The notes beneath the pieces are model-generated. The model was not told the origin of the DNA, did not search any database, and was given only the letters and a program-made list of their open reading frames with translations. A stretch of 62,249 bases of DNA from Ministeria vibrans ATCC 50519 (lineage: Eukaryota > Protista > Filasterea). Positions 1-11,617 of the stretch are shown here, one piece after another. Made by a program: the position numbers and the translations under genes. The stretch covers positions 1-62,249 of the forward strand of contig CALSCP010001653.1 in the NCBI GenBank assembly GCA_943704425.1, read 5' to 3'. How positions within the stretch are numbered: position 1 is the stretch's first letter; each line of letters opens with the position of its first letter.

Positions 1-102
<102 letters not shown>

Positions 103-134
103 CTCTTTTTTTTTGCTTTCATTCCACTCGATAG

Positions 135-3100
135 GCGTTTGATAAGAAAACAGGCAAGACGGTGGCCGTTAAGAAGATCAAAACATGCGGCAAAGTAAGA
201 CAAGAGACATTTCGTTCGCCATCCGACTCCCTCGTCTGCTTTGCCCTCTTGCAGCCCGGAAGCGAAGAGGCTGTCCGACGCGAAATACATCTGCTGAAGA
301 GTCTTCAGCATCCAAACATCCTTGAGGTAGGTGGTGCGGCCTCACGCGAGCCAGCAGCGCTGTCAATTCAACAGCCATTTGAAATAGTGCGTCTCGCAAT
401 CTTAATAATACTTATTATTGTATTTTCTCTGTGGTAGTACCTCAGCTCGGAAACTCACAGCGGCTTTCTGTACATTTTCCTTGAGTATATGGAAAACGGC
501 TCGCTGGAGACGCTCTGCAAGAATTTTGGTACCCTGCCTGAGTCGCTGATCGCCGTCTATATGACGCAGGTGCTTGAGGGACTTGTCTACCTTCACCACG
601 AGGGTGTTATCCACCGCGACATCAAAGGTGCCAATTTGCTTACTACCAAGGAAGGAGTTCTCAAGCTGGCAGACTTTGGCGTCGCCTCGGAGTTGGCGGA
701 CATCGATCCCGAAGCGGTCGCCGGAACGCCACTATGGATGGCGCCCGAAATCATTGAAATGCGCGGCGCCTCAACTGCCTCCGACATTTGGAGTGTGGGC
801 TGCACCATTATTGAGCTGAGTACTGGTTCTCCACCCTACGCTGGTCTGGTGCGTGAGAATGCTCTCATTCGTATTGTGCAAGACCCTCACCCGCCACTGC
901 CCGACACAATCAGCCGTCGTCTGCGTCACTTCCTCTCGCTCTGCTTCCAAAAGGATCCCGCCTTGCGCAGCTCGGCGCGTCGTCTTTTGCAACACGCCTG
1001 GATTCAGGCTCATCGTACCGCCGCCACAATCAACACATCCACGTCTTCCGCCACTTCCACCGCACCGACTCACAACCACAGTGGAGGCGCAACTTCCCAC
1101 ACGCGTGTCCCACCCTCAGCGACAAAACGCCCGGCACCTCTCACCACACATCGTCCCGATAGTGTGCTCTTTGAAGACGCTGTTGCGACTATTCGCTCGC
1201 ACAAACAACTCGTGAACCGTGCTGTGGAACGCTCTGTGCGCGCCTCGGGCGATCCCAGCTCCCCCGGGAAACAACAACACAGTCCTATCACCGGTCAGCC
1301 GCAATCGTCCCTTTCCGTCCCATCTTCCTCCGCCTCGTCTTCGGTCGCGCGCGGTGGTGTCCCACCATCGTTGAATGTTGCAAGCACCGACGACCTCAAC
1401 GTCGATGCCGATCAGCTCATTGTGTACTACGCGACGCGTGGTCGTACACGAGATTACTCTCCCGCAGCCGCTGCACGTCGCCAAGCCAATGCACGCGCAG
1501 ACCTTCGCGCCCGAGCCAAAGGAGGTGTCCCGCCCTCTGCCGTGGCTGCTGTCGTGTCACCCCCGGCCGCATCGTCCCTCTCACCCATTGCCGCACAGGC
1601 GCTCACGAACCGCACCTCACAGCAACATCACCAACAACAAGGAATGGCACAGTCACCGTCCCGTCGTCTTGTGCCCGACAAAGAGGAAGACCCAAACGAG
1701 GGACTTGTGGGTGATCTTGACGTCTCGGTTCTTTCAACGGGAACCCCTTCCTTGTCATACGACCACACACACGCACAAAGCAAACCCACGCACCGCACAC
1801 CCCAACAACAAAAATCTGCACCACCATCCCATCAAATCCACCACCACCCCAAACAACAACAGCAACAACAGCAGTCAATACGACAACCGCAGCCCTCGGT
1901 ACACTCACACCCTCGTCCGCCTTCACTTCAACATCAACCGCATCCCTCTGTTTCTTCTTCTCGGTCGCGTCTCTCCATCCAGAGCCTCGACAGGTTCTGC
2001 GACAACGACGAAGATGACTTCTCCAATAGTTTTGCCGAGTTGCCCGACCATTTCAACTTTGCGCCTACTGCCTCTCCAATTGCTGTCATGCCGGGAAACC
2101 GTCCCATCAGCACGTTTGACAGTGTTAGTTCGACAACCGACAAGCACGCAAGCGGTTCACACGGCAGCAGCAGCGGCAGCCACAGTCCACGCGTGTCCGT
2201 GCACAAGGCAGCTCAAATGGCCGCGCAGGCGAGCCCAAGCCGACTCTCCAGTCAACAGTTTGAAAAGGTGCGCGCTGATCTTGCTGGCAATCTTGCAGCC
2301 GACTTTGCCATTGTTGACGACGCCGATGATGTCAGCAACGAGCGCGACGAGGACGGGGCGATGCGACTTCACCGTCAGCTGGCAGAGCAAAAGCGCAATC
2401 GACGTCGCGTCCCGACCCAAGGCAGCGGCGGCTCTCCTCGTACCACGTCAGGGCGCACTCCCACCATCTCATCGACGGATCAGCGGGGTAACAACAGCAG
2501 TGGCAGGAACAGCAGCACCACGAGTAGTGCTAGTGGTAATAGTGCGCACTTTCGTGTGCCACTGGACGAGTCCAACGAGGACGAGTCGACCTTCCAAGTG
2601 TCCGAGGTGGCGCGTGGACGTGTTGTGGAGCAAATGATGACGGCTCTTAAGCAGGTCAAAGCAGCTATATTGTGCGGAAGGTCGGCGGTGGAAGAGGAAG
2701 ACGGTGAGGGCAAGCAACAGTGCGTGTCGTCGGCAACCAAGTCGTGTTTGGCCCTGGCTGCCATGCTTGCCGACCTACCCGATGCCAAGTGTGATTTCTT
2801 TGCTCGTTGTCGAGGCATTCAGTTTGTTGCGCTATTGGAACATGCGACTGTGGATGCGCCTCTGACCGAAGCCGTGTTGCGACTGCTCAACGAACTGGTA
2901 CACAACAACGCACCGATTCTCGAGACACTCTGTACGCTCGGTCTGCTCTCCCGTGTCGCCGCTCTATGTCACCGCTGTGCTCAGCCGTCCAGTGACTCTG
3001 CTACCCTCTCGCGTGTTGCCGTTGAGCTCGCGCGTCTGCTGCACCATGCCTGTCTCGGACCACCCGTTGTGGCTCGTCTCGCTCTTGCTACGGACCTGTT

Positions 3101-4541
3101 TGTGTCGCTGCGCGACCTCCTCTGCTCGTCGCCTGACGACGACGCTACCTCGATGGAACTTGTTCGTCTTGTGAGTGAGACGGTCTGGAGTATGTTTGAG
3201 CAAGGGTGCGCGCGTGTATTGACATTGCACGACGGCAAGGCACCGTCTACGCTAAGTTTGTTGACGTTGTGCAAAGATGATATGTGCGAGGCGCTTGTGA
3301 ATTGTCCTCGACTACTCGAGACGTTGATGCACGCCATTGGTCGCGCTGCCACTCACTGTGACTGGCACACCACCTCAACATTGATTCAGCTCAGCAAGAG
3401 TCTGAGTATGTCAACGTCGCTAATTAAGGTTGCGTTGAGCACGCGCGCGTCACTTGACGGACTATTGCGTGCTCTTACGAGTGTGGTGAGTTCCGTTGAT
3501 GGCTCGCACCTGACGGGTCTGTTGCGCACACTGACCAATCTCGCGTGGGATGCAGATGCCGTCAACGCAATGGAACGTGCCCAAGTGCACACGGCCGAGC
3601 GACTAGTGGGTCTTTTGCAGCATCTTGTGACACAGCCACTGCCCCGCGACGCCTCTAAGGCGCGCAGTGGAGGTCGAAGTCGCGAGATGCAAGTGCAGCT
3701 ACTAAACACTCTTTACTTTTACACACGCGTCTCGCGTGACCGTCAATTGGAGGTGGTGCGCGTTGCAGATGCCGTGCCGCTACTGGCGAGCTTTGTTTGC
3801 ACTCTGCGCAAGACAGGCGGCGCAGCTGGCTTGGCGACACTGAGCGGCAGTGGTGACTCGGGTGGGTCCTTGACGGTCGCACCTCAGGCACAGTTTGCCA
3901 TGTCAATACTTTGCGATGCAGTGATGGCGGGCAGTGAGGCCCGAGCTATTCTGCTGCGTTGTGGACTTGTCGATGTGTTTGTGTCGTTGATGGACCAAAC
4001 GGCATGGCAAGTACAGGTACTGGAGGCTCTGGGCTCGTGGCTGGCCGAGGAGCGCTCCGGCATGCAGTCTGATAGACGTGGGAGTGATGAGAGTGCCGCT
4101 GTGGAGAGTGTGCTTTATGCACAACGCGAGGTGTTTATTGAGCATGTGGTGCGTTTGGTAAGTTTGACTACGCGACCACTGCAACAGGAGGAGGAGGAGG
4201 AGACGAAGAAGAGTGGAACGGTGACGAGTCGCTCTCTGCCCGAGATTGAACGGATTCTCTTGGCCCTTGCGCGTCTCCTCTCGTCCGGTACACGTCTAGC
4301 ACTCGCACTTGCGCTCAGTGCAAACGAGCAGCCTCTGCTCAACGAATCGCTCGCGGCGCCACTGCTTCACCCGCGTTTGCACCTCAAACCCAGTGCGCGT
4401 ATTGCCCTTCTGCGACTCATCGAGGCACTCCATCGCCAGTCTCTGCCTCCCCTCCTACGCACTGCCCTTGCCCACACATCCACCGCCGATCCTTCTGTGC
4501 TCGTGCGTCGTTTTGCCCTTCGTCTTGTACCCGAGCAGTGA
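135..4541 (+). CDS. STE-group Ser/Thr kinase of the Cdc7(S. pombe)/SepA/Cdc15 type with C-terminal ARM-like helical region; 5'-partial, spliced
   Basis: Exons 135-194 ([16 protein letters not shown]), 255-326 and 438-4541, with GT-AG borders. Motifs: [54 protein letters not shown]. Low-complexity linker, then a Leu-rich helical C-terminus. Confidence 0.85.
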
Positions 4542-4631
4542 AAAGTAGAATAGTGTAAAGAAGAAGATTATTATGTTATTGATTTATTGATACAGTCTCT
4601 GTTGATTTTCCCCCGCCACCGCCGCCCCCTT

Positions 4632-5012
4632 TTATCTGCAACAATCAAACTGACTGCGGCTACGACGAGGCTCTGAGTGATGTCTGTGAATGTGTATCTC
4701 CTCGTCGGCAGCGGCACGAGGGATGTGGCCCCAGCGCAGCGCAGCCTTGCAACCCGGATCCAGTCGCTCCGACGACACAATCTGGTCGGAGTGGTACATC
4801 CAAAAGTGCCCGTTGTTGCTTGCTTGTAAACAGCTGCAGCATGGTGCCACCACATGATAGCCCACAACATTTCCGCTACGAAAAGACATATATAATATTA
4901 GTACATACATTTTGTCAGCTCGAAGGCATCGTACCATGTGAGACAGGCCACATCGCGGATGCGACAGCTACAATTCCGTGTCAAGTATTCTTCACCAAGA
5001 AGATGCACGGCA
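4632..5012 (-). CDS. FAM72: FAM72-family zinc-binding protein; last two exons only, 5' exons not found
   Basis: Exons 5012-4935 and 4875-4632 splice to [55 protein letters not shown]...RLD...LRWGHIP, matching the FAM72 signature ([42 protein letters not shown]). Confidence 0.85.
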
Positions 5013-5058
5013 CTGCAAGTGACACCACGACGGGGAAGACGAGCGCGGGCGCGTGTGT

Positions 5059-5061
<3 letters not shown>

Positions 5062-5152
<91 letters not shown>

Positions 5153-5291
5153 GGAGGGAGAAACAAAGTGATAGAGAGAGAGAAACAAAGTGATAGAGAG
5201 AGAGAAACAAAGTGATAGAGAGAGAGAAACAAAGTGATAGAGAGAGAGAAACAAAGTGATAGCGAGAGAGAAACAAAGTGATAGAGAGAGA
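5062..5291. repeat. (GA)n microsatellite followed by a tandem minisatellite AAACAAAGTGATAG(AG)n
   Basis: Direct read; about 6 copies of AAACAAAGTGATAG. Confidence 0.95.
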
Positions 5292-5363
5292 AAGAATTGG
5301 AGAGTGAGCGGAGTGCGAGATTTTACTCTTCTCGCTTGTCCCTGATGGCTTGATGTTGTGCAG

Positions 5364-6653
5364 GAGCGCATGGGAGCATGGCCCAACTACCAGTTTCACA
5401 TTCACCAGTGCTCAGGGACCTTTCGCGACCTCGAGGCTCTCACGCCGACTCTCAAGGTTCTGTACACTATCACTGATGTGTCGTGTTATTTTTGCTCATT
5501 GCCGTCGACGTTCTTAGTTTGTTTCGAAAATGCTCAACTCAACGGCCGTTCGCAACGTGATGGGTAAGGAAACACCGCGAAAGAAGTCGAAGTGAGTGTT
5601 GAATGAAGGCGTTCACAGAAAAACTTGTCAATGCGGATCTGGGCGGTCCCCTGAGTGCGGTAAGATGTGGCCGTCATTCTTGACTTACACTATGCTCACC
5701 CTTTTGTCTTCTCTGTTTTATAGATTTACTCATGGATGAAGGTATAGAAATTAGCATTGTCACTAGAGTATTCCAGCTCACCCCACTCTCCACCGCATTC
5801 TCTAACTCTCTCTCTGCTACAATTACCACGCACATTTAACGACATACAGAACAACAATTACATTGTGGGGCACAACGACAACTCGGGCAGCATGGAGCGC
5901 GGTCACCGTCGCCTGGCGTTTGTTCTACAGCTGAGCAAGAACTGGAATCCCGCGTGGGGAGGCGACTTTGTCTGGAGCAGAACATCCTCAGTCAGTGAAC
6001 ACGGAGGGTGTGTGTGTGTGTATGTTCGAGTGGGATCTGATCTACCCGCCGTCTCTTCTTTCTCTCGGCTAGATTATCAATGCTGGTTTTAACCGGCTTT
6101 TGTTGTTTGATGTGAACCGCTTCTCAGAACATGTCGTCACGCCGGTGTACCATGGCGTAAGCCTACAAATACCTCACATAGGCATTCTCTCTCTCTCACT
6201 TGTTACCTCACACACACACACACACACGTTGTTACTTTCTCTCTATCTATGACTTACTTTTTTTTGTCTTGGTGTGTCTCTTGTTATTGTTATTGTTGTT
6301 GTTGTTCTCTCCCTGATCATCTTTTTTTGTTTTTCTTAGGCTGATACGTCAATTCGCAGACTCGCAATGAGTGGTTGGTACACCACAGTAGATCCCGAAG
6401 AAGTTGCTCTTCTCAACACAGTACCAACACACCCACAAAGCAAAAAAAAAACGAGAGAGGAGCACAAAGTACTCACACACTCTTCCTTATTCTATTTCCC
6501 TTCTAGCGACCTGACCTGCGTGTGCTCACTGAGGCGGAGGGCTCTGGCATCACCGTGTCTGGCCGCTCGTGCATGCTCGTCTCTGAGGCCCCTGAGCGCG
6601 ATTGCGTAAACTTTTTCCAGACGGCTGCGGAAGACTTTGATAATTCTGACTGA
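5364..6653 (+). CDS. 2OG-Fe(II) oxygenase (prolyl-hydroxylase/Tpa1-OGFOD1-like fold), multi-exon, 5'-partial
   Basis: Spliced exons give YIVGHND (HxD), RRLAFVLQLSKNWNPAWGGDF, FNRLLLFDV...SEHVVTPV (distal His) and RRLAMSGWY (2OG-binding Arg); stop TGA at 6651-6653. Confidence 0.8.
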
Positions 6654-6699
6654 TAATAAAAGAAAGATGTGTTTTTTTTTTCTTTACTGCCGGCGGTTC

Positions 6700-7669
6700 T
6701 CACTGGAAGCACTGAGGAGGCGGCACAAACACGTTGGGGTTGACGATGCCAAGGGCGACATCGAAAAAGGACGCAAGGAGGTAGCCAAACTGCTTTGAGA
6801 AGAGCTGGCTCGACACCGGCAAGCAGCCTAGGTGAGAGAGAGAAACAAATTAGTGGTGATGAAAGAGAGAGAGAGAGAAGGAACGGAGAGAGAAAGCGTA
6901 ACAAATTGATAGAAGAGAGTGTAACAAAGTGATAGAAGAGAGCATAACAAATTGATAGAAAGAGATGGTAACAAAGTGATAGAAAGAGATGGTAACAAAT
7001 TGATAGAAAGAGATGGTAACAAATTGATAGAAAGAGTCATTGATAGAGTGTGTTAGAGAGTGTAGAGAGAGTCACAAAGTGACAGAGTGATCGAAAGTAA
7101 CACTCACCCTTTGAGGTGACAGAGCCCATCCACTCGCCAACGTTGGGAATGGCTCCCTGCCAGTTGTCGATGTTGACGCCCTCGCCGAGGATGCCCGAGT
7201 CGCCGATGGAGGCGGTGTTGAGGAAGGTCGCATTTTGAGGGATTCCGGCGGGAATAAACGGAATGTTCAGCTCGTAGACGGTGCACTTGTGCGTGTGCAG
7301 ATCAATCACGTACTCGCGCTTCTCCTCGTACAGCTGGATGACCTCCAGGTGAACCGTTTTGTGCGACGTTTCGAAAATCTACCGTACAAATAAATTCGAT
7401 GACACAAACTGAAAAACGCCTCTCGCTTACGTCCTCGCGAATCCAGATACGCTTGTTGGTAAAGTCATAGGCGTACTTGCCATACAGCGAACCATGGGTC
7501 GGCGACACTTCCGAGATCTGCGCCGAAAAGGCGTTTGGGGACACTGAAGCAAATTCAGTCAGAATCCACAATCTCACACGACAAAGGACGCGTTTTGCTT
7601 ACCGCACGAGTGGGGTGTCTGAGCCAGAGCAGTGGCCGCAAGGGCAACGACGAGCAAAAGAGTCTTCAT
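6700..7669 (-). CDS. Ependymin-related protein (EPDR), secreted/lysosomal
   Basis: Exons 7669-7603, 7543-7431, 7378-7108 and 6827-6700. Signal peptide MKTLLLVVALAATALA, then SCVSP, YAYDFTNKRI, YVIDLHTHKC, GCLPV and FFDVALGIVNPNVFVPPPQC, which is the ependymin Cys and C-terminal motif pattern. Confidence 0.85.
6890..7040. repeat. Intronic minisatellite GTAACAAA(G/T)TGATAGAA(A)GAGA
   Basis: About 6 tandem variants inside the last ependymin intron. Confidence 0.9.
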
Positions 7670-8019
7670 AATGAAATTATTGTCAAAACAAACTCAAAAG
7701 TTAGTGAAAAGTAGGAAAGTCAAAACAACATAATTATTTCTTGATTAGAACTTAGTGACAACCTAACTTGAGTAACTACCTTAGTTGAGAGCTAGTTCTT
7801 TTTGATTGGAGCAGTCAGCGGTGCGCTGCTCCCTGCCATTGGATACGCCAATACTTTTTTTTGCTTCTCGAGACTCGCAGTGACACATTACTTTACATGT
7901 TGTTCAAAAGTTCTTCGTTAAAAGAGAAGAAACAAGAATGCAGACAAAAAGTCATCAAACTGGAACAATTAGATTTTATATTCGCTCTCTTTCTCTCTCT
8001 CTCTTTCTCTTTCTCTCTT

Positions 8020-8854
8020 TCACAAATTCGATGTCAACTGGTTCCGTTTGTTGCCCAACTGCTCACCCACATAGTGAACATCCTCCATCTCAAGCGCACT
8101 GCCCACCACGGAATACAACAGGAAGCTACACACAGACGACGCAAAACACATAGTCAGTATATCACATCGTACATTGCCGCATGTTGCATTGTATGTACGA
8201 GAGGGCCATGAGCGCGCGATCGGCCGAAAGAGTCGGCACAGCCAGAAGAATGAGCAGCGGAGCAATCACAATGGGATGACGGAAGCGCGCAAAGAGCGTC
8301 TGGGCGCGCTCAGACTTGTACTCGTTGGGCAACGAGTGCCCAATCGACAGATAGTACACCTGCTTGGGACCCAACAGATCAAGATGGTCCAGTGCAATGG
8401 CACTCGCTGCAACCGAAATCCACGACAAGAAGTGCACTGCCGATAGCGCCATGTACAGTCGCGGGTGGGAGGCTGACGACAACGACACAAGATTGTAGCC
8501 GGGAACAAGAGGTCGGTAGTACTGAATCAGTGCCTAAAGAGACCAGACCATAAGCAAACGTCAGAAGCATCTCCTTCTGGCGGCACGCGCGTTCATACCT
8601 GCAGACAAACAGCAGTGCAAAAGGTAAAGGTTGATCGCTCAAGGGATGCGAGCACGGGGTGTTCCAATGGCGCACCGCGATGGTACAATTCTTTGAACCA
8701 CTAAGAAAGACACAGATCAATCCAAAAAGGTGTCCCCGAGTCGGATGCCATACCCGACGCGACATGACTGTGTGTTGCAAGAAGAAGAGACCCAACAACC
8801 CCACGTTAAACTTGATGTTGTCCCAGTCAATGGAGGGCTCTGCGACGTCTGCAA

Positions 8855-8891
<37 letters not shown>

Positions 8892-9148
8892 ACACAATCA
8901 CACAGAGACACAAGACACAATCATTGTTTCAGTTGGCACAAACTCAAAATCAGTCTCACACCTTGCTGAGAATCTTGCGACGCGATAAAGCCATTCGAGT
9001 ACAGATAGACAACCGCCATGAGCATGGTCGTAAGCACACTCACATACGAGGCCTACAAACACGACGCGAAATCTAAAAAAAAACACCACTCGTATTCAAA
9101 TCGTACGAGACTCCAAAGATACGCAATGCCAAACCCGATTCTCGACAT
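8020..9148 (-). CDS. NRM: Nurim-like multipass membrane protein (ICMT-like family), spliced
   Basis: NVGLLGLFFLQHTVM, DHLDLLGPKQVYY, LFARFRHP, LSADRALM and DVHYVGEQL follow the nurim pattern. Some exon borders are approximate. Confidence 0.75.
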
Positions 9149-9532
9149 GGCACACAAGTTCACACGTCACAGACTCACAGGGGGTATTCAGTCAACCAAA
9201 GAAACCAAGTTGAAGTGTTGAAATTTGAAAATTGAAATTTTCGAAAAGAGCAACGATCAATCAACGATGTAGTATGGGCGATCCATCTTCTTGTCTCTTG
9301 GCCCTTGCGTCACAGGAGTTAGAACTTAGGAGTAAGGGCCTTGGATTTTCACCACTCAGTCAGTCACTCACTCACTGATTTTGGGGTTGATCTATATGGT
9401 GTCAGTGGCGGAAGTTTTGATTGATGAATAGTTCTCACCTCTCGATTCTCGATTTATTTTGATTTTTCTTATAACTATTCATTTCTGTACATCTCTGATC
9501 TCTCACGGTCTCACGCACATTTTTTTTGCGCA

Positions 9533-11582
9533 ATGGCCGACGACGAGTGGAAGTCATTGCCTCTGCAAGAGCGTCTCGTTCACAAGGTACCGTCCACTGA
9601 TGATCCCTTCATCATCAATTGCCGTCTCCTCCCTGCCCTCTCCCTCTCTCTCTCTCTCCCTCCCTCCCTCTCTCCCTCTCCTCCTAACACCATTTATATG
9701 TGCTCCCCCTCTTTCCTTTTTCAAACGTCACATTTCGCGTAATAAACTCAAGTCAGTGTCTGTTTCAAAAAAGAAATTTGAATTTCGACTCGCCGTTTCC
9801 TTACTGATCCATCGCGTCTTTATCTTGTGTTCAGTCGTGGAAATGCCGATCAGAAGCCTACGAAGAGGTTGCCAAACGGTTTGGGCGTATCGACGACCCC
9901 AATAGCGACGAATACACCGACTTTTTGGGCTTGGTGCCGAAATTTGTCGTCGACGCCAACGCCGTGTCGCAGGTACCGCTTGCTGCCTGCTGCACATACA
10001 CACACCCCTCTCCGTATCCCCCTCATCCACTTCCTTCAACTGTGCTGTAGGCCAAGGGCGTTGCAGCGGCTCTGGCCTTTGTGAAAAACGCAGACTGTGT
10101 TTCGCGCATCGCCACGAACATTGTGTCGGGCATTGTCGCCAAATGCCTCAATGCCCGCGCCCAAACCAAGGTATGGTCGTGTCATACGTGTGTCTGTGTA
10201 CTGTTTTTTCCGACTCCTAAACCCCCACACGCTGACTGGTGCGCAGGAGACGGCCGTCGACATTTGCCTTGAACTCGTCGCCGTCTGCGACAAGGACACG
10301 GCCGACGCGGTGATTGCGTCGCTCATGGAGGGCTTTGCCAACAAGCAGCCCAAGATTGTGGCTGCCTCTATTTCCTCCGTGACCCTCATCATTCGCTCAT
10401 TTGGCGTCAAGGGACTGTCGTGCAAGCCGATTCTCTCACAGGTAATGCAAAATATCCCCATGGCAACTTTTTTTTCATTTTTGGTTTTTTGTGTCTTCAA
10501 GATCGCTCCTTTGTGGTCACATAGCGACCCGAACGTGCGAAAGGAGGTCAAGGAGCTGGCAACGGAGTTTGTGCGCTGGTTCGGTCGTATGCTAGTGTCG
10601 ACACATCTCGAGGGAAAGGTGCGCGACCAGCAACTCAAGGAATTCAACGAGCTGGCCGACTCGGCCGAGTCCGAAGGCAAAGCCAAGCCGACGCGGCTGC
10701 GTCGTGGTGAAGAACAGCAGCAGCGACAACAACAGCTACAGTCAGGGCAGCAGCAACAGTCCAGCGAGGCGGATGGCGCCGACCCTGACAACGACAACAA
10801 CGATGACGACGAAGAAGAGCAAGGTGACCCGTGGGACATGCTTGACGGCATTGACTTGCTCGCGCGTCTGCCCGCCTCGTTTCACGAGAACATTGTATCG
10901 AAGAAGTGGCAAGAGCGCAAGGAGGCGGTCGAGCAGCTGGCCCAGGTGTGTGCCAAGAACCCCAAGGTGAACGCCGGCGACTACGGAGAGGTGGTGCAGG
11001 CTCTCAAGAAGGCCTTTGGCGACAGCAACGTGCTCGTTGTCGCATTCGCCGCCAAGTGCGTTGGTGGCATGGCTCAGAGTATGCGCGCCGCTTTTGCGCC
11101 TTTTGCTTCCACTGTTCTTGCCGCTATGCTGAGCAAATTCAAGGAGAAGAAGGCCAACGTGGTGGCGGCGTTGCGAGACGCTGTCGATGCCGTCTTCCGC
11201 TCCGTTGCCGATTTAAGCCCCCTTAGCGAGTATGCGCTCACCGCCATGGCCGACAAGAATCCTCAAATTCGTGCCGAGACCATGCTTTGGCTTGCGCGTG
11301 GCATCCCCACACTGGCACCGGCGCCCAAAGGTCCCACACTCAAGCCACTCAATGCTGCCTTTGTCGGCAACCTCGACAACTCGGCTCCCGAAGTGCGTGA
11401 CGCCGCTGCCCAAGTGCTGGGTGCTGTGCTTGCCCTTGTCGGCGAGCGTCCCATGGGCTCCTACTTGGACTCCATGGACAAGACCAAGGCTGACAAAGTC
11501 CGTGAGTACGCCGAAAAGTGCGCCCCCAAGGCGTCCACCGCAGCGTCTTCCTCCCGTCGCACAGTTGCCAAACCATCAGCAG

Positions 11583-11617
<35 letters not shown>

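Noticed and set aside
5160-5291. CRISPR-like or telomeric array
   Set aside because: No unique spacers, eukaryotic context, and not a telomere-type repeat.
4820-5405. ORFs with poly-RE / poly-SL (also at 16255-16761 and 28000-28459)
   Set aside because: Translations of (GA)n microsatellites.
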